From an uncultured Pseudohongiella sp. (GTDB taxonomy: Bacteria; Pseudomonadota; Gammaproteobacteria; Pseudomonadales; Pseudohongiellaceae), in contig CAYOND010000015.1 of NCBI GenBank assembly GCA_964405225.1, positions 4,939 to 68,938 of the forward strand: a DNA stretch of 64,000 bases, in the 5' to 3' direction. Position 1 is the first letter of the stretch; each line of letters starts with the position of its first letter. The position numbers and the translations under genes were made by a program. The notes beneath the pieces are model-generated. The model was given only the letters and a program-made list of their open reading frames with translations, did not search any database and had not been told where the DNA came from. This document shows positions 1 through 13,113 of the stretch, in pieces.

Positions 1-819
1 ACCGCACGTGAGCTCACCGCGAATATCCACGCGTTGCGGGTCCCGGACAGTGACGCCGCCCTGTAACAGTTGATCGACTTTGTTCATCTGGTAATGCCTC
101 TCCAAGCGAGCAAGCTGGGTTTTGTCATTCACCCCCAATAGCTCAAGACTATCTGCCACAACCGTGGATTGGACCGGGCACTGGTCCGTCACTGCCATTG
201 TGACTATATCAGTAAGCAGATACTCGCCTTGTTTATTGTTGTTATCGAGTCTCCCCAGCCAGTCATGAATGCGCTTGGCAGGGATCGCCATGATGCCACT
301 ATTGATTTCCTTGATCTGTTTTTCTTGATCGCTGGCATCCTTATCTTCGACGATTGCCAGGATCTTGCCACTTGCGTCTCTAATGATACGCCCAAGCCCT
401 GCAGGGTTTTCTGTTGTAACAGTGAGCAGCGCCAACGCCTCTCCAGCAGAGATTTCTATCAAGCTCTGCAGTACCTCAACACTGATCAGCGGAACATCTC
501 CATAAAGAACAAGCACTGAATCACCAGCTGAGTGTCCCTCGAGATTTGGTAGGGCTTGTTGCACTGCGTGCCCGGTACCAAGCTGCTCTTTCTGTATAAC
601 CCAGTTTGGCAGTTCACAGCCTGATTGTTCATAGTGCTCACGAATCTGTTCGGCTCCGAATCCAATTACAGCATGAGTCCGGGTAGCGCCCAATAGAGCC
701 GCAGTATCAGTTACATGTCGAAGTAGGGGTTTACCACCCAGGGGCTGCAAAACCTTCGGCAGGGACGAATTCATTCGTGTACCTTTCCCGGCGGCAAGAA
801 TTACAACATCAAGGGCCAT
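1..819 (-). CDS. glmU: Bifunctional GlmU (UDP-N-acetylglucosamine pyrophosphorylase / GlcN-1-P acetyltransferase). N-terminal part only; the C-terminus lies beyond the window edge.
   Basis: My own reverse-strand translation from the ATG at 817-819 gives MALDVVILAAGKGTRMNSSLPKVLQPLGGKPLL..., the classic GlmU nucleotidyltransferase N-terminus (LAAGKGTRM). The frame stays open to position 1. It is absent from the ORF track because it has no stop codon in the window. glmU next to atpC is the usual gammaproteobacterial arrangement. Confidence 0.85.
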   Translation of the reverse strand, partial: MALDVVILAAGKGTRMNSSLPKVLQPLGGKPLLRHVTDTAALLGATRTHAVIGFGAEQIREHYEQSGCELPNWVIQKEQLGTGHAVQQALPNLEGHSAGDSVLVLYGDVPLISVEVLQSLIEISAGEALALLTVTTENPAGLGRIIRDASGKILAIVEDKDASDQEKQIKEINSGIMAIPAKRIHDWLGRLDNNNKQGEYLLTDIVTMAVTDQCPVQSTVVADSLELLGVNDKTQLARLERHYQMNKVDQLLQGGVTVRDPQRVDIRGELTCG

Positions 820-932
820 ATAACGAAGTCATTTTAATGAGTGGTAATTTGCTCAGCATAGCAAAAATTCATGCCGCGATGATGGTTTTCTGCGATATTA
901 CCGCTGTAGCAACGGAGACAAGTAGCGGACAC

Positions 933-960
933 AAAAAAGGGTAGCCCTAGCTACCCTTTT
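933..960 (-). terminator. Rho-independent terminator after atpC; the symmetric A/T flanks could make it bidirectional.
   Basis: The GGGTAGC (939-945) / GCTACCC (950-956) stem has a 4-nt loop. It is flanked by A6 (933-938) and T4 (957-960), which gives a U-tract on either strand. Confidence 0.6.
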
Positions 961-984
961 CTAATGCAGTCTGTATGTAGTGGC

Positions 985-1407
985 TTACTTGGCGCGGTTC
1001 TTCAACTGTCGCAGTGCTCTTAACTGCGCGGCTGCTTCGGCCAGTTGCGCGGCGGCTGCCGAGTATTCAAAATCTGAATCCTGATTTGCCATGGCTTTTT
1101 CTGCTTCTTCCATCGCCTGAACTGCCGCAGCTTCATCCACATCGTTGGCACGCAAGGCGGTATCAGTTAACAAGGTAACTACGCCGCGCTGCACTTCAAG
1201 AAATCCACCGGACACATAGAACACTTCTTCTTCACCGCCATCCTTGATAAGGCGAACGGGGCCGGGAATCAAGGCGGTAAGTAATGGCGCATGGCCTGGC
1301 GCAATACCCAGATCACCCAGTGAACCGGCAGCCACGAGCATTTCAACACGACCAGAGAAGATGCTTCTCTCGGCGCTTACGATATCGCAGTGCATTGTCA
1401 TTGACAT
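985..1407 (-). CDS. atpC: F1 ATP synthase epsilon subunit
   Basis: 140 aa with [12 protein letters not shown] and GGFLEV patterns. It is the last gene of the atp operon, downstream of atpD. Confidence 0.93.
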   Translation of the reverse strand: MSMTMHCDIVSAERSIFSGRVEMLVAAGSLGDLGIAPGHAPLLTALIPGPVRLIKDGGEEEVFYVSGGFLEVQRGVVTLLTDTALRANDVDEAAAVQAMEEAEKAMANQDSDFEYSAAAAQLAEAAAQLRALRQLKNRAK

Positions 1408-1504
1408 ATCTTGTTGCCCTTAGCCTTGTAGTTTTACTCTCACCTTGGTGGGCGAAAAACCACGTTGCGTTACCAATCCCATCAAAGGATTGTTATATCC
1501 AAAT

Positions 1505-2988
<1,484 letters not shown>

Positions 2989-3052
2989 TTCAAATTCTTT
3001 AGAGAGTCTGTTTCTGACTCTACTTATATCCTCTTTATATTGTCAGCTGGTT

Positions 3053-3913
3053 TTAAACCGCAGCTGCACCACCAGCAATTTCAGAAAGCTCCTGGGTAAT
3101 TGCTGCTTGCCTGGCCTTGTTATAAACCAGACCCAATTCTTCAATAAGGTCGGCCGCATTGTCGGAAGCATTTTTCATGGCCAACATACGGGCTGCCTGT
3201 TCACAGGCGTTGTTTTCAACAACTGCCTGGAATACCTGAGACTCAATAAAGCGTAACAACAAGCCGTCGAGTAAATCCTTGGCATCGGGCTCATATAAAT
3301 AATCCCAATGGTGTTGCAGGTCTTCTTCTTCCGAGGGCAGCAAAGGCAATAACTGGGTTATTTCTGGCCTGTGAGTCATCGTGTTTTCAAATTCATTGCT
3401 CACCAGCATCAACTGGTCGATCTCACCCTTGTCGAATTTCTCCAGCATGACGCGCACAAATCCAATGACATCGGCGACTTCGGGTGTATCTCCGATGTCA
3501 CGCACTGAAGCTACTACGTTGCCACCGAAGTTGTTAAAAAATGTCGCCGCGCGCCCACCAACCGTGCAAATATCTATTTCAACATTCTTGTCGTGCCATT
3601 CCTTCATGGACGCGACCGTCGCCTTGAACGCGTTTATGTTCAGACCACCGCACAAGCCGCGATCAGTAGAGACTACGATGTAACCAACGCGCTTTACTTC
3701 GCGCGTATCGAAATAAATATGGCGATATTCGGGAGAGGCGTTTGCAATGTGACCAATCACCGAACGTATGCGATGCGCGTAAGGCTTGCCCAGCTTCATG
3801 CGATCCTGGGCTTTACGCATCTTGCTTGCCGAGACCATTTCCATGGCCTTGGTAATCTTCTGAGTATTCTTGATACTCGAGATTTTGCTGCGTATTTCTT
3901 TGCCGCCTGCCAT
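3053..3913 (-). CDS. atpG: F1 ATP synthase gamma subunit
   Basis: 286 aa. The N-terminus [36 protein letters not shown] is typical of gamma subunits, and the gene sits between atpA and atpD. Confidence 0.95.
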   Translation of the reverse strand: MAGGKEIRSKISSIKNTQKITKAMEMVSASKMRKAQDRMKLGKPYAHRIRSVIGHIANASPEYRHIYFDTREVKRVGYIVVSTDRGLCGGLNINAFKATVASMKEWHDKNVEIDICTVGGRAATFFNNFGGNVVASVRDIGDTPEVADVIGFVRVMLEKFDKGEIDQLMLVSNEFENTMTHRPEITQLLPLLPSEEEDLQHHWDYLYEPDAKDLLDGLLLRFIESQVFQAVVENNACEQAARMLAMKNASDNAADLIEELGLVYNKARQAAITQELSEIAGGAAAV

Positions 3914-4004
3914 CTTGGTTAAATGCCTCTATTAATGTCGTTTGTTGCCAGTCTTCGGAACTTCGTCAATTAAGAACAGTAGGTTATAAAACCATCTCCT
4001 AACA

Positions 4005-4036
4005 TCTGTCCTCTGTCGTCCGTCTTCTGTCCTCTG
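4005..4036. repeat. 11-bp direct repeat (TCTGTCCTCTG x2, 21-bp period) in the atpA-atpG spacer
   Basis: Identical 11-mers at 4005-4015 and 4026-4036. Confidence 0.5.
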
Positions 4037-4038
4037 AA

Positions 4039-5583
4039 CTACCAGGTTTGGGTTTCCTTAAACTTGTCGATTGCGCCTTTGTACTGCGCTTCGATTTCGT
4101 CATCCCAATCACCGGTTTCGTTAATCCTGGCTAACAGGTCACCGTGCTCGCTGTTCATGTAGGACAGCAGCGCCGATTCAAAATCCAGCACCTTGTTAAG
4201 TTCGATATCTTTCAAATAACCTTCGTTGGCTGCATAAATAGATACCGCCATTTCAGCAATTGAGAGTGGTGAATACTGCTTCTGCTTCATCAGCTCTGTT
4301 ACGCGCTGACCATGTTCCAGTTGCGAACGGGTCGCGTCATCCAGGTCAGAGGCGAAAGCTGCGAAAGCCGCCAGTTCACGATACTGGGCCAGGGCAATAC
4401 GAATACCACCACCCAGCTTCTTGATAATCTTGGTCTGGGCCGCGCCACCCACACGAGAAACCGAAATACCCGGGTTCATGGCCGGACGAATACCGGAGTT
4501 GAACAGGTCGGTCTCCAGGAAGATCTGACCATCGGTAATGGAAATTACGTTGGTCGGTACGAAGGCAGATACGTCACCAGCCTGGGTTTCAATAATAGGC
4601 AATGCAGTGAGTGAACCAGTCTTGCCTTTCACTTCGCCGTTGGTAAATTGCTCTACGTAGTTAGCACTTACTCTCGATGCGCGCTCCAGAAGACGTGAGT
4701 GCAAATAGAATACGTCACCAGGATAGGCTTCACGGCCAGGTGGGCGACGCAGGAGCAGGGAGATCTGACGATAGGCCCAGGCCTGCTTGGTCAGGTCATC
4801 ATAAATGATCAGGGCGTCCTGGCCGCGGTCACGGTAATACTCACCCATGGAGCAACCTGAATACGGTGCAATAAACTGCATGGAGGCCGGATCAGACGCA
4901 GCGGCTGAAACCACAATGGTGTATTCCATTGCGCCATGCTCTTCCAGCTTGTTCACTACGTTGGCAATAGAGGAGGCTTTCTGGCCCACCGCCACATAGA
5001 TACATTTAACGTTTTTGCCCTTCTGGTTGATGATTGTGTCGATGGCGACCGCAGTCTTACCCACCTCACGGTCACCAATAATCAATTCTCGCTGGCCACG
5101 ACCAATTGGGGTCATGGAGTCGATAGACTTGAGTCCGGTCTGCACAGGCTCGGAAACCGATTGTCTGGCAATTACACCAGGTGCCACTTTCTCTACCGGT
5201 TCAGTCAGCTTGGTTTCAATTGGACCCTTGCCATCGATGGGCTTACCCAGCGCATCCACCACGCGCCCTTCCAGTTCAGGACCAACCGGTACCTCAAGGA
5301 TACGACCCGTACATTTACAGGTTTGACCTTCTGTCAGGCTGAGATAGTCACCCAGAACAACAGCACCTACCGAGTCTCGTTCGAGGTTAAGCGCCATTCC
5401 ATAGATGCCGCCCTCAAATTCGATCATCTCGCCGTACATCACATCGGCCAGGCCGTGAATACGAATGATGCCGTCGGAAACACTAACGATGGTCCCCTCG
5501 TTCTTCGCTTGCACGGACACATCGAGACTGTCGATGCGTTGCTTGATAATTTCACTGATTTCAGATGGATTCAGTTGTTGCAT
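4039..5583 (-). CDS. atpA: F1 ATP synthase alpha subunit
   Basis: 514 aa with P-loop GDREVGKT and the conserved alpha-subunit run [21 protein letters not shown]. Confidence 0.98.
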   Translation of the reverse strand: MQQLNPSEISEIIKQRIDSLDVSVQAKNEGTIVSVSDGIIRIHGLADVMYGEMIEFEGGIYGMALNLERDSVGAVVLGDYLSLTEGQTCKCTGRILEVPVGPELEGRVVDALGKPIDGKGPIETKLTEPVEKVAPGVIARQSVSEPVQTGLKSIDSMTPIGRGQRELIIGDREVGKTAVAIDTIINQKGKNVKCIYVAVGQKASSIANVVNKLEEHGAMEYTIVVSAAASDPASMQFIAPYSGCSMGEYYRDRGQDALIIYDDLTKQAWAYRQISLLLRRPPGREAYPGDVFYLHSRLLERASRVSANYVEQFTNGEVKGKTGSLTALPIIETQAGDVSAFVPTNVISITDGQIFLETDLFNSGIRPAMNPGISVSRVGGAAQTKIIKKLGGGIRIALAQYRELAAFAAFASDLDDATRSQLEHGQRVTELMKQKQYSPLSIAEMAVSIYAANEGYLKDIELNKVLDFESALLSYMNSEHGDLLARINETGDWDDEIEAQYKGAIDKFKETQTW

Positions 5584-5608
5584 GCTTGTTTCCTTATTCC
5601 TGAGCTAC

Positions 5609-6145
5609 TCAGGACTTCATTGATTCAGCTAATTTCGACAATTTGCCGCGCACCGAGCTGTCAATTACGGTGTCCCCGGCTCTGATTACTGCACCGCCAA
5701 TAAGCGACTGGTCGACCTCCATGGCCAATTTAATTTCGCGCTGCAATCTTTTGCTGAGCGCGCTGGCCAGACTTTCCGATATTTCTGAACTGATTTGGAA
5801 AGCCGTTGTGATTTCCACGTCGACAGATTTTTCCTGATTGGCTTTCAGTGCTTCAAACAACTCAAATATTTCAGGCAACAGCGTGAGGCGCTTGTTCTCT
5901 GCCAGCAAGCTGATGAAGTTCTTGCCCTTGGCATTTACTTCATCTCCGCACACATCAATAAGCGCACTGCTTGTTTGCTCGGTTGATAGTGAAGGATTGG
6001 TCAATAATGTTTTTACTTTGCCATCAGCAGCTACCGCCGCGATAACAGAAAGCATTTTTGACCAACCAGTCAGATCATCACCAGCCAGGGCGATTTCGAA
6101 TGCTGCCTTGGCATAGGGTCGAGCTAATGTAGTGAGTTCAGCCAT
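5609..6145 (-). CDS. atpH: F1 ATP synthase delta (OSCP) subunit
   Basis: 178 aa with [11 protein letters not shown] at the N-terminus. Sits between atpF and atpA. Confidence 0.9.
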   Translation of the reverse strand: MAELTTLARPYAKAAFEIALAGDDLTGWSKMLSVIAAVAADGKVKTLLTNPSLSTEQTSSALIDVCGDEVNAKGKNFISLLAENKRLTLLPEIFELFEALKANQEKSVDVEITTAFQISSEISESLASALSKRLQREIKLAMEVDQSLIGGAVIRAGDTVIDSSVRGKLSKLAESMKS

Positions 6146-6152
6146 TAAATCT

Positions 6153-6623
6153 CTAGAGCTCCGATGCCAGCTTGCTCAACATATCTTCGTTGGCAGCCTG
6201 GTCGATTGATTTTTCCAGGATTTTTTCAGCACCAGCAACTGCAATGGAAGCGACCTGTGCCCGCAGCGCTTCTTTAGCCCTGTTGACCTCTTGTTCAATT
6301 TCCGCATTGGCACCAGCAATGATGCGCTTGCCTTCCTCGCGGGCCTGGTCCTTGGCTTCTTCAACGATCTGTGAAGCACGCTTGTTAGCCTGATCCAGAA
6401 TCGCTGCGGCCTGTACCTTGGCTTCCTTTAGCTGCTCGGTAGAAGCGGACTGTGCCAGCTCGAGGTCTTTCTCGGCTCGTGCTGCAGCTTCCAACCCATC
6501 AGCAATCTTCTGCTTGCGCTCTTCCATGACGGCGGCAAATAGCGGCCACACATACTTCGCGCAGAACCACAAAAAGAAGATAAAGGCGATCGATTGCCCT
6601 ATGAGTGTCGCGTTTAAATTCAC
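6153..6623 (-). CDS. atpF: F0 ATP synthase subunit b
   Basis: 156 aa with one N-terminal TM helix followed by a long charged Ala/Glu/Lys-rich helix. Operon position fits. Confidence 0.9.
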   Translation of the reverse strand: MNLNATLIGQSIAFIFFLWFCAKYVWPLFAAVMEERKQKIADGLEAAARAEKDLELAQSASTEQLKEAKVQAAAILDQANKRASQIVEEAKDQAREEGKRIIAGANAEIEQEVNRAKEALRAQVASIAVAGAEKILEKSIDQAANEDMLSKLASEL

Positions 6624-6649
6624 GGCGTATTCTTCCTATTAAGTGAGTT

Positions 6650-6931
<282 letters not shown>

Positions 6932-6958
6932 TCAGAAGTAATACAAAAAAATTAGTAA

Positions 6959-7846
<888 letters not shown>

Positions 7847-7873
7847 TTATCGGCTCTATGCTCTCTTATCAGT

Positions 7874-8266
7874 TCAAGTTCGGTTAGTAGATGGGCTGTA
7901 ACTAATCAGCCCCGACATCATCACACCGACAAAGTGAGTCACTATAAACCCAAGTATCAGTGCTAACTCATTCAAGCTGGTGATCAGGGTAAAACTGAGT
8001 GCGAACAAGACCAGTGTAATCAGGATCTTGCCCATTTCTCCCCGAATAAAGCTTTTGACTACCCTGTCTGCGTTTCGAGCGCCCTGGTACTTGAACGCCT
8101 GCAGTGCAAAGTAGCTATTTGGTACCGCACTAATCAACCCGCCCAGCAGCGCTGAGTAGGCCGTAATGGTACCTGATAACAACAGAGAAATTGCAGCCAT
8201 AACGATGGTTGCAACCAACTGGCCAACTATCACTTTATGAACCGGAGGAGCTTTCAACCTAGACAC
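7874..8266 (-). CDS. atpI: ATP synthase protein I
   Basis: 130 aa small hydrophobic protein, first gene of the operon upstream of atpB. The call rests mainly on position. Confidence 0.7.
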   Translation of the reverse strand: MSRLKAPPVHKVIVGQLVATIVMAAISLLLSGTITAYSALLGGLISAVPNSYFALQAFKYQGARNADRVVKSFIRGEMGKILITLVLFALSFTLITSLNELALILGFIVTHFVGVMMSGLISYSPSTNRT

Positions 8267-8407
8267 GAAATCGACCCTTGAGTGCAGCCATTATTTCGTG
8301 ATCAGCACCCCACTTGCACCTGTAACAAACACCTGTCTGTGTAGCGGCGATCACCAAAGCACGCGCATTATAGGGACTTTGATAGGCCTAATCAACTACG
8401 TCACAGG

Positions 8408-9307
8408 TCATTTGATGTGGGCCAGAATGCCTTCTAATTCGTCCACACTGTTGTACTTCAGCACCACCCTTCCCTTGCCTTTGGCGGTGTGCTGAATCAT
8501 GACCTTGGCGCCAAGTTTGTCAGCCAGGTCGTCTTCCAGGTTTTTGATATCAGGGTCTACTGCGCTCTTGCTGTTACCGCTCTTGCCATTAGTGCTCTGC
8601 AGGCGCCGTACCAGCGCTTCTGTCTGGCGCACTGATAGCCCCTTGCTTACTACTTTGCGTGCGACCTCGCCCTGCTGTGCCTCTGTCAGAGACAACAACG
8701 CACGGGCATGGCCCATTTCAATGTCGCCATTTTCCAACAGGCGACGCGCATCAAAACTCAGGCCAATCAAGCGCATAAGATTTGTAACAGTGGCACGGGA
8801 TTTACCTACGGCGTCCGCCACTTGCTGCTGGGTGAGTTCAAATTCATCCTGCAGACGCTTCAGTGCCATCGCCTCTTCGATAGGATTTAGGTTTTCGCGC
8901 TGAATGTTCTCAATCAGTGACATTGCAATTGCAGCTTCATTACCTACGGGTTTAATTATGCTGGGAATCTTGTCCAGACCAGCCAATTGCGTTGCACGCC
9001 ACCGTCGTTCGCCAGCAATGATCTCGTATTTATTGGAAGAGATAGGCCGCACAACAATGGGCTGCATGACACCCTGGGAACGAATCGAGCTGGCCAGCTC
9101 TTCGAGCGCCTCTTCATGCATATCTGTGCGTGGTTGGTATTTGCCGCGCTGAATCAGGTCTACCGGAATATGGCGTAGCTCGCCATCTGTGTCACTGGTC
9201 TTGGAGCTGCCGGATTGCCCACCGCCCAGCAGACTGGCCATGGATTGCGAACTACCCTTGGACAGTAACGCATCGAGGCCTTTACCAAGTTTTCTTTTCT
9301 CTGTCAT
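8408..9307 (-). CDS. parB: Chromosome partitioning protein ParB (Spo0J)
   Basis: 299 aa with the ParB box IIAGERRWRA and an HTH region QQQVADAVGKSRATVTN. Located downstream of parA. Confidence 0.93.
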   Translation of the reverse strand: MTEKRKLGKGLDALLSKGSSQSMASLLGGGQSGSSKTSDTDGELRHIPVDLIQRGKYQPRTDMHEEALEELASSIRSQGVMQPIVVRPISSNKYEIIAGERRWRATQLAGLDKIPSIIKPVGNEAAIAMSLIENIQRENLNPIEEAMALKRLQDEFELTQQQVADAVGKSRATVTNLMRLIGLSFDARRLLENGDIEMGHARALLSLTEAQQGEVARKVVSKGLSVRQTEALVRRLQSTNGKSGNSKSAVDPDIKNLEDDLADKLGAKVMIQHTAKGKGRVVLKYNSVDELEGILAHIK

Positions 9308-9340
9308 ATCACTTCCATTCAGTCAGCCATGCAGCCAGGG

Positions 9341-10126
9341 TCAGGTGAGTCCCGCTGCAGCTTCGTCGTCACGGCGCAGGAGTTCACCAGCCAGTGCCAG
9401 ATAAGCGATAGCACCACGAGATTGCCGGTCATACTTGATTACCGGTTTACCATAGCTCGGCGCCTCTGCCAGCCGCACATTGCGCGGCACTACGGTGCGG
9501 TAAACCACATCGCCAAAATAGTTGAATAATTGGCCATTGACCTCAGTCGTCAGCTTATTGCGGGGATCATACATCGTGCGCAGAATACCCTCGATATGCA
9601 GACCGGGGTTGAGGCGATCCTTGATCGTAGTGATCGTGTCCATCAGCGCTGACAAGCCTTCCAGCGCGTAGTATTCACATTGCATTGGAATCACCACACC
9701 ATCGGCGGCAACCAGTGCGTTGATGGTGAGCATATTCAGCGAAGGCGGGCAGTCGATGACAATAAAATCGTAACGATCTCGTACCTTGTCGACAATGGCG
9801 CGCAAGCGCATTTCACGATCTTCCATTTGCAACAGGTTGACCTCGGCGGCCACCAGATCACCATTGGCTGGCAACAAATCGTAATCTGCCTCTGACGGGC
9901 GCACCATGACATCTTCAAAGGATGCATCGTCACAAAGCAGGTCGTAGATCGATAAAGCCAGTTCGCTTTTGTCTACACCGCTGCCCATAGTGGCGTTGCC
10001 CTGGGGGTCAAGGTCGATCAACAAGACATTCTTGCGTGTAACCTCTAGCGATGCAGCGAGATTGACAGATGTGGTGGTTTTACCCACACCGCCTTTCTGA
10101 TTCGCTATTGCCAACACTTTACCCAC
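9341..10126 (-). CDS. parA: Chromosome partitioning ATPase ParA (Soj)
   Basis: 261 aa with the deviant Walker A NQKGGVGKTTT and IDCPPSL. Confidence 0.93.
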   Translation of the reverse strand: MGKVLAIANQKGGVGKTTTSVNLAASLEVTRKNVLLIDLDPQGNATMGSGVDKSELALSIYDLLCDDASFEDVMVRPSEADYDLLPANGDLVAAEVNLLQMEDREMRLRAIVDKVRDRYDFIVIDCPPSLNMLTINALVAADGVVIPMQCEYYALEGLSALMDTITTIKDRLNPGLHIEGILRTMYDPRNKLTTEVNGQLFNYFGDVVYRTVVPRNVRLAEAPSYGKPVIKYDRQSRGAIAYLALAGELLRRDDEAAAGLT

Positions 10127-10172
10127 GGGAATACTCCAATACCGCGCTTTTGTCGCGCATTATACCTGTCAA

Positions 10173-10829
10173 CTAACTCGCCGCAGCGCGTTTAATCACA
10201 ATCAAGTGCCGGGCTTTATCCAGGCCCGGTATGGACAATTCAATGGATGTCTCTATCTCGAAACCAGGCGGGATTTGTGCCGCTTCATCGCGCGGATAAT
10301 GCCCTTTCATGGCTAACAGCTGGGTTGCAGGAGACACCAGGTGTTCAGCCTTGGCCAGCATTTCGGGAAGTGCTGAAAACGCGCGACACATCACCATATC
10401 AAGTTGCTTCTGGGTTTGATAGTGCTCGATTCGACAATTTTCCACTGCCACATTGTTAAGCTGCAATGCTGTTTTGGCCTGAAACATGAATCGGGTTTTC
10501 TTGCCATTGCTGTCAACCAGAACGAAGTGTTTGTCTGGATTAAGAATTGCCAGAGGTATACCAGGTAAACCCGCACCACTGCCAAAATCGAGAAACTCAT
10601 TACCATCAAGATAAGTGTGTAACGCCACACTATCGAGTAAATGCAACCGCAACATTGCTTCCGGTTCCTGGATTCCCGAAAGATTGAAATGCTTGTTCCA
10701 CTTGGCAAGCAAGTTCAGGTAAGTGAGTAATTGTTGTTGCTGATCAGATGTGACATCCAGCCCAAGCGCAGCCAATCCGTCTTGAAGTTGCGCGCCAAGT
10801 TCAGTCGAATTGACCAGGTCAGAGTCCAC
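10173..10829 (-). CDS. rsmG: 16S rRNA m7G527 methyltransferase RsmG (GidB)
   Basis: 218 aa with the SAM motif DFGSGAGLPGIPLAI. Immediately downstream of mnmG. Confidence 0.9.
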   Translation of the reverse strand: MDSDLVNSTELGAQLQDGLAALGLDVTSDQQQQLLTYLNLLAKWNKHFNLSGIQEPEAMLRLHLLDSVALHTYLDGNEFLDFGSGAGLPGIPLAILNPDKHFVLVDSNGKKTRFMFQAKTALQLNNVAVENCRIEHYQTQKQLDMVMCRAFSALPEMLAKAEHLVSPATQLLAMKGHYPRDEAAQIPPGFEIETSIELSIPGLDKARHLIVIKRAAAS

Positions 10830-10837
10830 CCGGCCAC

Positions 10838-12745
10838 CTATCCGGCTTTACGCGTGATGGCCTGATGTTTTTTCAAATAGACCAAAAGCAGTGAAATCGC
10901 TGCCGGTGTCATGCCCGGTATGCGCGATGCCCGCGCAATGTTTTCGGGTTTGGCTGCCAGCAGTTTCTGTTTAAGTTCATTGGACAAGCCTTGCATCGCA
11001 CCATAATCAAAATCGTCTGGTAAGGGGGTATTTTCCTGTCGTTTAAGCCGGGCGATCTCGTCTTTCTGACGATCAATATAGCCCTGGTATTTCAAACGGA
11101 TCTCGGCCTGTTGCCATACCTGCTGACTTTGCTCGTCCTGTGCAATTTCAGAATCATCACCACTGAATGCCTGAACCAATGATGTATGTTGAATCTGTGG
11201 CCGCGCCAACAGGTCAGCCAGTCGTTGCTCCCGGCCCAGAGGTTTTTCTAGCAAGCTGTTCACGCGCTCTGCGGCTTCTGTTCCCGGGTGCACCCAGGTT
11301 TTGTTGAGCCACTGAAGTTCCTGCTCGACGCGTTCCTGCTTTGCGCTGAATACACGCCAGCGTTCATCATCAACCAGGCCCATTTCCCGACCAACGGGGG
11401 TCAGCCTGGCATCTGCGTTGTCTTCCCGCAGGCTAAGGCGATATTCGGCTCGAGAAGTGAACATGCGATAAGGTTCATTGGTGCCAAGAGTGATCAAATC
11501 ATCAACCAGCACGCCAAGATAGGCCTGATCGCGACGTGGACACCACGGCTCAATTTCCCGCGCTGCCAATGCCGCATTGGTACCGGCCAGCAAGCCCTGG
11601 GCACCCGCTTCTTCGTAACCAGTAGTACCATTAATCTGGCCTGCGAAATACAGCCCGTTGATGAAACGGGTTTCGAGCGAGTACTTCAGGTCGCGCGGAT
11701 CGAAGAAATCATATTCGATAGCATAGCCCGGTCTGGTGATGTGGGCGTTTTCAAAGCCTCGAATCTGTCGCACCATTTGCAACTGCACATCGAAGGGTAA
11801 ACTGGTGGAAATCCCGTTTGGATAAAGTTCGGTGGCGTGCAGTCCTTCCGGCTCTACAAATATCTGGTGTGAATTTTTATCAGCAAAACGCATGACCTTG
11901 TCTTCGATCGATGGGCAGTAACGCGGCCCGGTACCTTCGATCACACCTGTATACATTGGCGATCGGTCCAGACCGTTGCGGATGATCTCGTGACAGGCTT
12001 CGTTGGTGGCTGTTATATAACAGTTGACCTGTGGTGGATGATCAGTCACTTTGCCCATGAAAGACATTACGGGCAAAGGAGTGTCTCCAGGTTGTTCGGT
12101 CATCACTGAGAAATCAACAGTTCTTGCGTCAATGCGTGGCGGAGTACCGGTTTTTAACCGTTCGACCCTAAATGGTAATTCTCGCAGCCTGTCTGCCAAT
12201 GCAATTGAAGGTGGGTCCCCGGCTCGTCCACCCGCAGAGTTCTCCATTCCGATATGAATCTTGCCGCCAAGAAACGTTCCAGTGGTAAGCACGACTCTTG
12301 GCGCGAAAAACCGCAACCCCATCTGGGTGACAACACCACTCACAGTATCGCCCTCGATAATCAGGTCATCCACAGCCTGCTGAAAGATCGACAGATTGTC
12401 CTGATTTTCCAGCATGTACCGAATGGCATTTTTGTAGAGCACGCGATCTGCCTGTGCGCGAGTCGCTCGCACCGCCGGCCCTTTACTGGCGTTCAGCACC
12501 CTGAACTGGATGCCAGCGCGATCAATCGCTTTCGCCATGGCCCCACCGAGCGCATCGATTTCCTTCACCAGGTGGCTTTTTCCGATACCGCCAATAGCGG
12601 GGTTACAGGACATCTGCCCCAGAGTATCCACGGAATGTGTAATCAATAACGTGCTGACACCCTGGCGCGCAGCGGCCAGTGCAGCTTCGGTACCGGCATG
12701 GCCGCCACCTACTACAATCACATCAAATTGTTGTGGAAAATCCAT
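10838..12745 (-). CDS. mnmG: tRNA uridine 5-carboxymethylaminomethyl modification enzyme MnmG (GidA)
   Basis: 635 aa with the FAD fold [14 protein letters not shown] and family-typical sequence throughout. Confidence 0.97.
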   Translation of the reverse strand: MDFPQQFDVIVVGGGHAGTEAALAAARQGVSTLLITHSVDTLGQMSCNPAIGGIGKSHLVKEIDALGGAMAKAIDRAGIQFRVLNASKGPAVRATRAQADRVLYKNAIRYMLENQDNLSIFQQAVDDLIIEGDTVSGVVTQMGLRFFAPRVVLTTGTFLGGKIHIGMENSAGGRAGDPPSIALADRLRELPFRVERLKTGTPPRIDARTVDFSVMTEQPGDTPLPVMSFMGKVTDHPPQVNCYITATNEACHEIIRNGLDRSPMYTGVIEGTGPRYCPSIEDKVMRFADKNSHQIFVEPEGLHATELYPNGISTSLPFDVQLQMVRQIRGFENAHITRPGYAIEYDFFDPRDLKYSLETRFINGLYFAGQINGTTGYEEAGAQGLLAGTNAALAAREIEPWCPRRDQAYLGVLVDDLITLGTNEPYRMFTSRAEYRLSLREDNADARLTPVGREMGLVDDERWRVFSAKQERVEQELQWLNKTWVHPGTEAAERVNSLLEKPLGREQRLADLLARPQIQHTSLVQAFSGDDSEIAQDEQSQQVWQQAEIRLKYQGYIDRQKDEIARLKRQENTPLPDDFDYGAMQGLSNELKQKLLAAKPENIARASRIPGMTPAAISLLLVYLKKHQAITRKAG

Positions 12746-13113
12746 TGGGCTTACTCACAATTCCTGCTTGTTCAAAAAGGGGAGGCATTATATGTGCTGT
12801 TGAGACCAAAAATAACGCCGGTAACTAAATATATTAATAATTAATAAATATATAGAGAGATAAGAAAGAGTATAGATGTAGATATTATAGGGGCGGACCC
12901 TTTCTGTTAATAAGGCACTATATTCCAATAATATCAATACCTTGCGATCCTTCAAACCCTCTGCACAAGTACTGTATATCAGGGGTATTGGGGTTGTACT
13001 GCCTGTGCATGGAATAACAGGCATTTATGGACGGTTTACTTGTCCACCGTTTTTACAGTGTCTCTGTGCAGTTCTACACAGTCTTTACTCAGGTTGTGAT
13101 TGTTACTGGTAAT
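12746..13113. other. Non-coding mnmE-mnmG gap with an extremely AT-rich core. Holds the mnmG promoter region and is a weaker alternative oriC/DUE candidate.
   Basis: About 70 bp at roughly 12822-12890 is almost pure A/T (TTAATAATTAATAAATATATAGAGAGATAAG...). Degenerate DnaA-box-like 9-mers are TTGTCCACC (13040-13048), TTCTACACA (13072-13080) and TTTTCCACA on the minus strand at 12732-12740. Confidence 0.3.

Noticed and set aside
169-519. ORF-track entries 169-519 (+) and 204-395 (-) at the window start
   Set aside because: They lie inside and antisense or out of frame to the clearly recognisable glmU reading frame (minus strand, ATG at 817-819). Their translations have no recognisable features.
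4039-5583. AtpA P-loop written GDREVGKT rather than the GDRQTGKT I remember from E. coli
   Set aside because: It still fits GxxxxGKT, and the variable positions differ among species. I cannot judge its rarity without a database, and there is no sign of a paralogous or unusual ATPase.
4936-5685. 249-aa plus-strand ORF antisense to atpA. Similar long antisense ORFs include 44043-44801 and 44850-45368 (opposite ctaC), 17527-17982 (opposite dnaA), 18944-19417 (opposite dnaN), 54609-55157 (opposite dsbA), 55365-55883 and 62723-63229.
   Set aside because: All are fully embedded opposite highly conserved or strongly supported genes. They have low-complexity, Arg/His/Ser-rich translations with no motifs. 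Such shadow ORFs are expected from codon bias in roughly 50% GC genomes.
12788-13024. 78-aa minus-strand ORF in the mnmE-mnmG gap
   Set aside because: It runs through the extremely AT-rich tract, giving Ile/Tyr/Leu/Asn-rich nonsense (YNIYIYTLSYLSIYLLIINIF). It has no Shine-Dalgarno or motif support and is more likely non-coding regulatory or origin DNA.
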